Position numbers and translations under genes: made by a program. DNA of 64,000 nt from Nageia nagi (taxonomy: Eukaryota; Plantae; Pinophyta). The stretch spans positions 152,272,001 to 152,336,000 of the forward strand of contig JBITNC010000001.1 of the NCBI GenBank assembly GCA_050084985.1. The letters are read 5' to 3'. Within the stretch, counting starts at the first letter, position 1, and each line of letters begins with the position of its first letter. Under the pieces are notes generated by a model. The model was not told the origin of the DNA and did not search any database. It was given only the letters and a program-made list of their open reading frames with translations. Shown piece by piece: positions 39,994-51,700 of the stretch.

Positions 39994-40960
39994 GTGCATG
40001 GATAAATAAGACCAAATCATGACTTTTCAAAACATGCGCCCATGTTTAGGAGGTGAGTCAAGATGGAATGCATAAGTCCAAGTGCTTGAAAAAGTGTCTA
40101 AGTGTCAAAGTTAAGTCTTTTTCCCAGATGTACCCACAAGATAGGGCAAATGGAAGCTAGCGCATGTTTCAAAAAGAAAAATTCATGATTTTTGAAAATA
40201 TGCACTGAAATGAGGGTCGTCCAAGAAGCAGGCACATGAAATCAAAAGACTAAATTGTGACTTTCTAAAACATGCGCCCAGCCTAGGAGACCTAGAGTTT
40301 GAAGAGGAAATTTGGTTAAGGCATGACTTCGGGACGTCGAAAACTAGCTCGATATTTCACAAGGAGGCTAGCGCATATTTTAAAAAGACAAGATTATGAC
40401 TTTCTAAAACTTGCGCCCAGTCCAAAAGGCCTTCTAGTCCAAACACATGATTAAAGAAGACAAAGTCATGACTTGCTAAAACATTTGCCCAAGTTAGGAT
40501 GATCTCAGTATGCAAAAATGGTTAAGGCATGGCTTTGAGGCACATAGAATTGATTTGGAGATGCTCAAGAAGCCCAACGCAAGAATAAAAAAGATAAAAT
40601 TATGTCTTTTAAAAACATGCACCCAACTCAAAGACCCCTCCAAATCCAGCACATGTTTTCAAAAGACAAAAATGTGACTTTTTAAAACTTGCGCTAAGTT
40701 TGGGAAGACTTCCAAAGGGTTTCAGGATGCAAAAATGGCTAAGTGTTGGCCCTGAGATTTCAAAATAAAGTCAAAATTGCCCAAAGAGAGGAGCGCATGG
40801 TTCCAAAAGACAAAATTACGAGTTTCTAAAGTGTAAACTCAAGGAGAAGGCTATCTAGGTCAAGCGCAAGAATAAAAAAAATAAAATTATGTCTTTTAAA
40901 AACATGCGCTCAAGGGGAAGAGGTGTTAGGTCCAGGTGCATGAATTTAGAAGAAAACAAT
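39994..40960. repeat. Array of ten 46-bp palindromic repeats with alternating ~26-bp and 88-120-bp spacers
   Basis: Copies start at 39994, 40160, 40232, 40371, 40443, 40577, 40649, 40793, 40864 and 40936 (partial). Consensus GCGCATGTTTTAAAAAGACAAAATTATGACTTTTTAAAACATGCGC has 17-bp inverted arms. Confidence 0.9.
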
Positions 40961-41019
40961 TTAATATCTTAAGTGGCACACACACTGAGGTCAACCACTG
41001 CATTTGTTGCACCATTTTC

Positions 41020-41075
41020 TAGTCCAATCCTGGCCAATTGGGATTAAATTGAGCCCTAATTTTGCTATAAAAGGA
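41020..41075 (+). promoter_or_regulatory. CCAAT + TATA promoter candidate for the accessory ORF
   Basis: CCAAT at ~41024 and ~41034, CTATAAAAGG at 41065-41074, ATG at 41249. Confidence 0.5.
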
Positions 41076-41248
41076 GAGAGAGTTCATTTTGCAAACACCA
41101 AACCAGTATTCTCTCATAATGTGCGCACATTCCTAGAAGAAGAGTGGGAATGACCTAGGGAACAAGTTCTGAGCTACGGAATTTTGGTGCAAGGTGTGTA
41201 AGATTATCTATTTGTTTGAGTTTGTTCATATTAAGTAAGCACCTCAAG

Positions 41249-44200
41249 ATGTGCGCCACCAAGAGTGAGTCTTCTACGGAGTTAAGAAGGTTGATGAGGT
41301 ATAGCCTCATTGATATGGATGAAAGAACCAAAACCCTATGGTTGGGAGTGTACTTCTCCAAGTGTGGTCTCACCAACATTGGAGACACATATTGGCAACA
41401 CATTGGTTCGGTGAAGATAGTTGAGGTGTGATTGTCTATTCTTCTCGGGGTTGGTTATTGCCATTGCCATACCCTTCATCGTTCCCATATCCTGATTGTG
41501 TGTGGAAGTGAGCAAGAATTGCAATCAAGAGGAAATAGTGCTTCGTGATGCAAGAGGAGAAGTGATCATGGACTTTAGCGCAAAAGAAGTGAAGAGGGCT
41601 TTTCGATGGATCGAGGAAGGTGAACATGAGTACAGTGAAGAGGAGTCTCTCACCCTCTACAAGAAGACCTCTAGGTCAAGCAACCAGATCAAAGAGTGGA
41701 TATTCGCTGATTATCTAGAGCTGAAAGGCAACCCATTGATCAATGCAAGCAAACAAACTTCATCCCCATAGTTGTTAAGATCATCACCATGCTATCTTGA
41801 GTACTAGGCAAGGAAGATGACGCCAAGTTTCGAAAGGAGTTCTTTAGCTTCATCATCATGATAAGCAAAGGGAAGAGGATCAAATGGAGTAAGGTGATCA
41901 GTGACACAATTGCCAGCCAGTTGTCCTCCATGGATTCTACCAAAAGATTTTATATGAATTCGTATTTGGTATACTTGCTTCTTGATGGCAAATATAGACA
42001 ATTGGCTTTTGGCGATGAAGGCATGTTGGAGAAAGGAACTTATCTAGTATAGCAATGCTATCCCATGTGGAGGATTGAGAGAAGGTGGAATAATGTCTTC
42101 ATGAGAAATGACGGATGGGAGTATGAAATATACAAGGAGATAAAGGGTGAAGTGTCAGTGCAAAGAATATCAAACCCCGCGAAGGATGCTCTTAGGATAT
42201 ATGGTGATTTCTTACTACAAGATTTGAACATGTCATACATCAGAATATATGGGTCCATTGTAGCACCATATCTATTACCTCAGTATGTTAGCTATCGGTT
42301 GATGTTGATGGAGATGATGAGACAACTGGCCTATTGGCATGATCATGTATGGAACAAGAAGTCTACCACTACCACCTCCCCAATCATAGTAGGGGAATAT
42401 CAATGTCGTCATTGGGTTGGATACATGCCCTCTACATGAAGGAGAGAAAGAGAGAGTATCGCCATAAGTTTCTTGGGCAGGAAGAGTCATTTAGAAATGT
42501 GAGCAACAAAGCTGAAATAGGAAGTATTCGCCTCCAGTTGCATGAGAGAGCAAAGGGGAAGAAGAAATCATCACAAGAAAGGGTTCTTGAGACTCCTCCC
42601 ATTGCGAAGTCCAAGGTGTTAGAGAGGTCAAAGCCATCTTCATGCAAGGAACAAATACAAAATGAGGAGTATGCATCCATGCGCTCAAGGCAACTAGTAG
42701 ATAAGACTGCGAGGTGGGTTTAGTTGGAGGTGAATGATTTGAGGGAAGTAGGGTATGACTATCCCATTGACGAGCTAGTAGATGTTGCCATGGGTAGAAA
42801 AGTTGGGCCTAGTCGAGATAGAATTCCTTATCAGCTTGTAGAGAGGCTGCAACAAATGCAAGGGTCAGAAATTCCACCTTCAATTTCAATGCCTCAAAGG
42901 TCAAATCCATCCTCAAGCTCAAAGTATGAACCAAAGGCATCAATGGAAGAAGGAGAGGTCAACACACATATCACTAACATAGTCGATGATGATGGAGGAG
43001 CAAATGTCGAACACATGGAGAAAAAAAATAGTTCAGTTGAGATACTCGAAGAGGTGCAAAGATCTCCATCATCAAAACCATCTTCATCATGGAGTAAGGA
43101 GAAGAGTCCAACCCACGACTAGCAGTCAAGAGGTCACACCATGAGAGGTCCCCCATTCATGAACAATCTACACATGCTTCAGAGGGAGGCATGGTCTAGA
43201 AGGCCCAAGTGAGGTTGAAGAGCAGGCTAAGAAAAAGAGGCTAGACGTTCCACCAACACTAGGCACTTCACCAAGGCAAGAAGTAGTCGCTGCTTAAGGA
43301 CAATATACAAAGACACATCACTTGGGGGCAGACAAAGATTGGGATTTTGATGTAGACGAATGCCTTGATGTTTTACAAATGAAACTGGATGATGAATTTG
43401 AAGATGGTGACGAGAAGCAGAAGCAATGTGCTTGTGTGACATATGTCAAGATGAAGGACATGTCGGTCCACATCAACATAGTGGTCGCATAGAAGAACGA
43501 TCTCCAAGGTGCAAAAGATTTGATGGTACACACACAAGTGATAGAGACAACTCCTATTAGGATAGCGGGAAGGTGGTACGCCATCATTGCTAACATAGAG
43601 ACTATGGTGAAGGACAAATTCAAGAAGGAGAAAGAGATTAGGAGTCTAAAGAACGAGTTAGCTTCCAAGAGAAAATTAACCAAGTAAATTGAGATGGCAA
43701 AGATGCAACCCGAAGACATCAAAAAGTTGATTTCCTTGAACGAAGGGTTGGTAGTCACAAAAGAGGACTTCAACAAGGAAATTGTAGACACAATGGAATG
43801 ATTGATAGCCAGTCTTCGAAGGTTAGCAAGGGCAAGGGACTGTATGGATGACATCATAGCCAATGTAACTCGCATGTTCGAAGAGTTGGATTAGAATTGC
43901 CCAAATATAGTAGATCCTTGCAGAAAATTGGTAGGTAGACCTGGGGATTTGCTTGCAGAGAATATTGGTATAATCTTGGTTGGCTGCTCAATGCGAAGAC
44001 TCAATGCCAGGAGTGGACTAAGGCCATCACATACATGAGGGACAACGTTCACTTGGAGATGACAAAGTATAAGTATGATATCAAAATCCTTGATGATGAT
44101 GACGTGATTAGGGAGCCAGAGGTGGTTGCTATAGAAACACAACATATTGTGAAGGACCTGATTTGCATAGATGATATCAATGTCTTCCAAACATGGAGTC

Positions 44201-44388
44201 ACATTCGCCATATGGTGGAGATACAAACATGGAAGTCCCAAATGGAGCATACTGTTGAAGAGATTGCAAAGTTCATTGATGAGAAGACCCATACCTATGA
44301 GGAGCTCAACTTTGGAGTGGAGTTAGTTGATGGATTCATGGATGATCATTTTGAGGAAAATGTTGCTGCTTTGATGCAACATACTTAG
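41249..44388 (+). pseudogene. Decayed ~1000-codon retroelement accessory ORF of unknown function (globular N-terminal domain, S/E/K-rich linker, C-terminal coiled coil)
   Basis: A chain of ORF pieces (41216-41431, 41496-41771, 41858-42052, 42065-42439, 42724-43122, 44035-44388) joined across stops and frameshifts. Motifs IGDT, SGL..A..P, IKWSKVISDTIASQL, FYMNSYLVY, SYIRIYG..PYLLPQYV; heptad-like E/K-rich region ~43560-43900. Confidence 0.75.
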
Positions 44389-45454
44389 CTTCATTTATTT
44401 TGTATAGTTTCTTTATTTTGGAATTTAAATTTTTATACATCTTGGTTAAGCCTTATGATGGATGAGGATTTGCTCCCACAAGTGTTGGATTAAATCTTAT
44501 GTGGACATTTGATATGATTTTATTGGACCATTGTTAATTTCATAGAATTAGGATTAATTTTAGTTGAAATACATTTGAATTTGAATCAGGGTTAGAGTTC
44601 CATGCAAAAACTAGAAATACCCAATGGGGTTCATTGTAAATGAGGTTGATCATTTGCTCAAGTGGGGAAACTATTTTCAATTTGCTAGTCAATTTTAACA
44701 CTCTTGTATGTGAATGTTGAACATAATCTAATACATCAAGACTTGTTGCACTTAATGGGATTGTGAAGTTGAGTACTACTACTTGGTGTTTACTTGTGGT
44801 TGTTATATGACTTGTGTGCATTTCTTGTGAGTGTATGCTTGTAAGAAATTGAACGAATATATTAAGAAGTTATGTGATTGCCACTTGATGAACATTGTTC
44901 ACTCTTTCGCGTGTAAATGGATGTATGTTAGGGAAGTTCTTTCTATGTTGTTTGGCTTGATATGCTGCTCATGTTGTTGCACTTGGTAACATTGCTACAT
45001 GCTCCATCTTGCTTGCAACTTGGGCTTACTCATTTGTGGCAAATATTGGATAAGTGAGTAGGCACATCATAATAAATTCGGAGAGAAGGTGATCTTACTA
45101 CTGGTCCATTGGTGAACTTGTCTTTGAATGAATTCACTTTGTATGCCATCATCCCCATTTTACACTTTCATTTACCTTTGTTATTTTTTCTTTTTACCTT
45201 CAAAAGTCTATCCTTTCAATTGGTGCAAAACAACTCTAGTGTCTACAGTAAAACATGGTAACAGTTGCTATCTCTCCTCCCACTGAGTCATTCCAAGTTC
45301 TTATCACCACCATGGGCCAATTTTTGATATATAGAAACCTTGGGGTAATCAGTCCTTGCAAGTGGAGGTTAGTTACGTAGCCTCGACCACATGTTGGATG
45401 TCTTTCCATTTATCACCCTAGGTGGTCTTTGTAAGAAGAAGGAAAAAATCCCAA

Positions 45455-47270
45455 CATGACATTCTTGGGTAATTAGTATGTGGCCTTCTTAAAGCCATAA
45501 ACTCTAACATAAGTGAATTTCTTCATTTTCAATATACCAATCTACATTCCTTGCCAAGGTTAATTGGGCTTTAGCAGATATCCTTGTAAACGTCTTAACC
45601 CTAACTAGTTCTTTGTAGATTCATACTCTCATGCATCATTTCTCATGGCATATTTTGTTCATTTTTTCCCTTTTGTATCATAGAGGAAGGGAGGATCAGA
45701 CTTGGTACATGGTGTTCTACATCCTTGCTGCAACACCTTCTACATTGGGTCTAATCTTACCTTTCATAATAATCCAAACAAAGTAGCTCATCATGTTAAA
45801 TATTTTAATCTCTCTTACATTTGACAATTGTTCCTTGAAACTACCATTGATGATCCATTTGCTCTTGAGTCTTTGTTGGATTTGGAGAAGAAAACCTACA
45901 AACTACTTTTTAAATCTGTGCTCATCATGCCTTCCAAGGAACCTGGATAGGAAGTTGATACATTTAGAGATATCATCTACATAAGGTCCTAGAAATGGGG
46001 GAGTGGGGGAATGGATTCCTAGAAATGGGGAAAAACGAAGGTCATTTTTAGGGAAACTTGGAATTGAAATTAGAAATCAAGTATGAATCAAAATCCCAAA
46101 ATTTTTAGATTTTTGAAATTTCATTGTTTCTATTATTATCAATTCAATCATGTATATGAAACTTGGAATTGAAATTAGAAATCAAGTATGAATCAAAATA
46201 TCAAAATGAGCCATAATCAATGATCATAAGGCTATAGACATAATCATCACATAATGTCATTAAGTCTGAATCGGTCTAGTAAATAATGATAGATGTGAAA
46301 TCTCAAATCATAAATATTGAAGTCTGAAATCATATTAGTAAAATTGTAAAACTAAATAGTACTAAGTAAATACATAGACTAGACTTTGACAAGAATATGT
46401 CAAATCAAAATGGCAATAGTGAGTATAAAATGAAGTTTGTTTGTCTTTACATGCATATATAGTGCCACTTTTGTTAGGAGATGAAGTGAATATCTAGATC
46501 TTTGATGTTCTTCTGCATGGTGGTGCATGGATGTGGTAGTGCATGGTGCATGACAGTGAAGTCAATATTCAAATTTCTACTGTTTCGTTATTGTGTGCTT
46601 TCTGAGTTCTAACAACTTTTGGGGTTTGAAGGGTGGAGACATTGGTGGGACCCACCCCCATGTAATTTTGCACTTTATTTCTTAATTTTGGAGTGATTGT
46701 TTTTTCAATTTGACTAGCTGTCCACTTAGTGTTCTAATGCTTGGATATTCCTAACTGTTCTTGGGAATGACTAGTTGTTCCCTATGGGGGCATTGGGAGG
46801 GTTCTTGGGAACGTCTTTCTATTGTTCCCCAAAAAGGGAACAATAGGGAGACATTTTTGAGGGCATTCCCGTGTTCCCAAAATGGGGGAACACGTTCCTG
46901 TGGACCCTTTATTATTTCTTAATGAGTTTTACTATGAAGTTTGAAATTTTGATTTTAACCAAGCCCTACTGGATTTAGAAGGCTTTTTCTCCTTAAATTC
47001 TTCTAAAGGTTGGTGTTCACCATAATTTGGTCCCCTCTTGGACATAGCTAAGGGAGGCTCTACTCAATCATAATAGTTGGGCACTTCTAGCACCAACATG
47101 GGAAATCGTTGCTCTAAACAAACCTACATTATAAGCCAAGTTTTTTTGATTTTGGAGCGGCTTGCCAATCTTCAACTATCTTAATTGGGTTCCTAAATGA
47201 CGAAGAGATTTCTTTAATCTTGCTCAACTCACCCTTGAATGGAGCTTCAGTAGATGACGTTCCTCCTAAT
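45455..47270 (-). pseudogene. Diverged homolog of the 41249-44388 accessory ORF (N-terminal domain), interrupted by a MITE
   Basis: rc pieces IKIVEDW..VGLFRAT..LVLEV, FLSRFLGRHDEHRFKK, FKEQLSNV..IFNMMSYFVW, IYKEL...RISAKAQ, KFTYVRVYGFKKATY*LPKNV align by eye, in order, with the + strand ORF. Confidence 0.75.
45982..46909. mobile_element. Non-autonomous DNA transposon / MITE (hAT-like) inserted in the accessory-ORF homolog
   Basis: Imperfect TIRs (TAAGGTCCTAGAAA / rc AAGGGTCCACAGGAA), GGGAA/TTCCC subterminal repeats at both ends, and an internal perfect 42-bp repeat at 46053/46158. The ORF resumes on both sides. No TSD was recognised. Confidence 0.6.
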
Positions 47271-48779
47271 AATTTACTTACTCCTTTCCTAGTTATTCAC
47301 TTGTTTAATTGGTCTTTTGGCTTTCCCAACTACACAGTCAATTTAATTCTATTACTGAACTACATAAAATTTTATGATTATGAATGATAACCTCAATCTC
47401 TCTTGGTGGTAATGGTTTATGATTAGTGACCTTGAAATGCACTATCAACTTTGTGTTTTGTTATTTGAAACAATTCAACATGTCTGCTATGAGTTTCTTA
47501 GTGCTAGAAAGATTATATACACCTACTGCTTCAAAATGGCAAGTCACAATTTTAACTTTTAACAATTCAATGAGATCACTATTTCAAACCACGCTCATTG
47601 CTCTCAACTTTTGTGTCACGACGATTGACATGTGGCCATTTTTTTCTATTCTCTACTTAATGCATCGCACAACTTGGAGTTGCCTAAGCTTTTCAATGCA
47701 ACAAGCATATGAAAAATTCCAAATGAGGGGTTCAAGTATTCATAGGCTTTGAAAATCAATGCACTAAATGTGCCTTGTTTATCATGCCAATAGGTGCCAT
47801 AGTAAAATTATGTATTTTACTACCCAAATTTACCTAGGCCACTTGGAGTGATTGTTGCTTTAATAATTTACACAATACTTTGTAAATCTAGCTTTCAAAA
47901 TGATGGCGAATGTTAACTCAATACTTGGGGTATCTTTTCTCTTGACCACGATATAAGGGATTAATATCTTCTAAAGATTTTGCTTTCGCTTTGAAAGGTA
48001 AATCATCAAATTGATTCGATTGCCTTCATAGTGAAAGCCCTAAATCTTAGGTGTTGTGTGTTTTGAATCATTCCAAGGCTTATTGGTACTATTGGCCTTG
48101 AGATGATATAAGGAAATCACTCGATGCAATTTATAATTTTTAGTGCATTTTGAGATATTTTTGGTGTCTTCAACTTATTGAAAGCAAAATTCATAACAAG
48201 TAATCAAAATTGATTCTTTCAAAAATTTAAAATTTTGATTGTTAATTTAGGAGGCACTTGTCAAAACATGATGTATTCAAGATAGTACAGAATTTTGTTT
48301 GTATCGGTTGCCCATAGAACAATTATTAGTGATTTGTAAAACCTAGTTGCCTAAGGCATTCTAGCCTCATCACATACACATTTTTCACACTTGACTTCCA
48401 AGTGCTTGCAAACTATAAAATCAAGGAGTAATAACACATTAGCAAGAGAGAAAAACATCACCACAAAGGAAGACACAAATATACCTTGGAGAAACCCATA
48501 TCGAGCAAAACTCTAGCAAAAAGGAGTATCTTTATCAGGTGGGACCTCCAATACAACATCATCCAATGATCAATTACTCTACTCCCAACACCTTGTTGGA
48601 GGGTTAGACTGCTTAAACAATATGAAGGTCACCCTCACCACAAAAATCACTTCTTACAATAATCTCCAACAATATGTATCAAGAAGCATGTACCATATCT
48701 CCCACACATAGCATGCTCACACACGATGCAATCTGCCACTTTCACATGATGCGATCAATCTCAATACCACATTACTAGC

Positions 48780-51700
48780 TCCTTAGAGTTCACAAGGATG
48801 GTGATTATGTTGTCCATTCTACAAGGGCTTCGAATACTCCATCTCTCTTCCATATGGTCTAAGCCTTGGCCTCTTATTCCCTCGCCTACGTCTAAATGAT
48901 GCCATCAATACTCTCCTCTTGAGCTCTCTGTTACAGTTTGGAATTGCAGCTGAACACCAATTGATAGAACTAGGGTTGCCCAAGACTTGTCTCTGATTAT
49001 CCGTCTTTCCCTTGTGGAACACAAAATCGCCATTCTCTGTGCTACGAAGATCCTCCCTTCTCTTTCTAAATGCAAGAAGAATAGGTAGATGGGCTGTAAT
49101 AAAAAATTGTCGAGCTTGGATCAAAGACTCACCTCCTTCCAGATGGTTTAAGCCTTTGCCTCCTACTCCCCTGTCAGTGTCTAAATGATGTCATCAACTC
49201 CCTCCTCTTGAGCTCTCTATTACAATTTGGAAATGTAACAAAATGTTATGGTCCTCTCTGGGTTTTGTTCATGATGTTATACATGAGATTGATTTGATTC
49301 TCTTCATAGAGACACATGAGAGCTTGGTGAAGGGGCTCCCCCCTCTACTGGATTTACTTGGATCTCTAATTACAGGACCTTAGGTTGTATAGGTTTCAAT
49401 AGTTGAGGTTCAGGAGGTGTAGCCTTTTTGAGTTAGGGATCTCTTGCTACCAAGGATGAGTACTGAGGGTATGGACACACATGCTTGTTACATCTGGATT
49501 TCTCTAGCATAGACCCTAGCCCTCATGGGGTTATTTATTGCCGAATGTTATTTTCCACCTATGGCTTCGAGTTATGCTATTCAAGATATAGGAGAGTCCC
49601 CTTATGTTGATCTCTTCCTAGAGATTATCAAATATTTTGCCCATGGGGAGATTATGTTGTTGGGAGACTTCAATGACAAGACTGAGAATTTACAGACCCA
49701 GGACTTTGATAACATCATTGACCCGTTGCATATCTAGGTGCTTGATCACCCTACAACTTTTTAGAAAGATTCCGCAAACTCCTTACCCCCTTCAGGTTGT
49801 GGCAGATTCCTCCTTGAGCTCAATTAGACACATGATCTTCCGATTCTCAGTGGTATTGCTTTGTTCCCACAATTTTATCACCACACTTGTTTCCCCCACG
49901 ACAAAGGCTCCAGTGTTGTAGATTACATCCTCTCTAATCCCCCACTTGTCTTGCACATTCATGCTTTGCTTGTTGTCCCCGCTTACCGCTTGCAGATCAT
50001 GCATACCTCACTTTCTCCTTGTGGGAAAACATTTCGCTGTCCCCCACACTATCTTACCCACCTCTAGAGCCCCTCGCACGACCATCCTCTTTGATCATGA
50101 GTATGATCCCCTCTACAATTGTATTCTACAACAGAAACTCATTGGCTTACACTCACTCCCCTTGATCGAGGAACAAACACTCTTTTTGGCTGACTCTCTT
50201 TGCTAAGCGGCCCTCTAGGCCTTCCCGCACATTATTAGTCCCCCTCTACACTTTCGTGTGATCCGTAATCACTGGATGCTTATAGCATACTCGGATCCAC
50301 ACTTACAGATTCGAAACAAAAATACATTCACCATGTTACATATCAAATGCATATGTAATTTGATAAATTGAATTTAATACTGAGACATTAACAAATGTAA
50401 ATCAATTTCAACCACACACATCAATTTGACACAATGATTTACCCTGGTTCACCCAATGTGGGCTAATCCAACATGGAATGGGAGTACTTCTCTTATATTG
50501 TCCATAGAGCATTACAAATGTATACATGTACAATGGAGATACCATCAAAATGATAGCAATAGACCTCATACAAACCTTTGCAACACTCCTACACAATCAG
50601 AGAATACAATTCACAAGATGACTCTTTGTCTTCCTTGAAAACTATCTCCAACCATCTTCCAAACCTATAACAATGAAGAAGATAGCCTCAAGTTGGCTTG
50701 CATATGAATCACAATCGACAAGTGAGTTATCTAGGATGTTCTAACTGTCTAACCGACCCTAACCCTTCAACTTGCTTCGATAACTCATCTGAACCAATGG
50801 CGTGGATGCTATGATAACTTTGTTAGCACGGCGTGGATGGTCTTCTTCTTGTAGAATCATAGATTTTAGATTTCAGCTAACCTCCGAGCATAAAAACCTC
50901 TGGGATAGCTTCTGCTCTTGAAGAGATAAACCTACAAATCCATTTCAGATCATTGTCGCCCCGGTCATTGTTCGATGAATAGCTATTTTGATTGTGAGTG
51001 TAAAGACTGTCATCATCACCTTAGACAATCCATTGCAAGTGAACCTAGATCCTCCCACGATCGCCCTCCAACCGATCCTATCGATGTCTCCTTAGGACTA
51101 AGAAATGCCAATTCTTGGCCAAAAGGAGATTAGAGGTCATTTCCTCCCTCTATTCTAATCCCAAATCTTTATGGCACTCCTTTTTACCCAAAAAGCACAC
51201 CTCTAATTCCATATCTCTTCATGCCTGGAAGGAGTATGCCTTTCGTATTTATACTGTTGTTAGTTATACCCCACCCATTCGCTTCCCTCGATTGCTCACC
51301 TCGGACTTCTTCTTCCCTTCCCTCATTTGTTCTGCCATCCAAAAACTTGCCTCGAGAAAAGCTCCCAACATTGAAAATCTTCAAGCCAAATTCCTCAAGC
51401 ATGCCATTTAGATCCTTCCCCCCTTACTCTCCTAGCTATTCAATGATGTCATCTGTTCAAGTTTCCCTTCTTCTTGGACCTCCACTATCATCCACCCATC
51501 TTCATATCCGATGACCTCAACAATCTGAGCAATTACCAATCCGAGCAGTAGGCCAGGCAGGCTTTCGTAGAGACCATCGCACCATCGAGCATATCTTCAT
51601 TCTTAGGGCGATTATTAAGGAGGCTAGATTCCAGAAATCCCCAATATTTTGTTGTTTTGTTGATTTTATAAAGGCCTTTAACACTGTACCTCGACACAGA

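Larger units (their letters stand above)
39900..45305 (+). mobile_element. 5.4-kb TG...CA-bounded insertion, probably a giant solo LTR of a Gypsy-type element that carries its own gene
   Basis: Starts TGTCATACGCCC and ends TTCTTATCA; imperfect TSD CTACA/CCACC; no gag/pol inside. The LTR-type core ctagaaatacccaatggggttcattgtaaa is at ~44611. The 3' end resembles the host element LTR end (rc ~45324-45350). Confidence 0.6.

Noticed and set aside
39994-40960. Calling the palindrome array a CRISPR array
   Set aside because: Eukaryotic TE context, no cas genes, degenerate repeats, and long spacers related to one another. It is reported as a repeat and as a finding instead.
43318-44292. Minus-strand ORFs of 185 and 133 aa
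   Set aside because: Antisense shadows of the E/K-rich coiled-coil region of the + strand accessory ORF.
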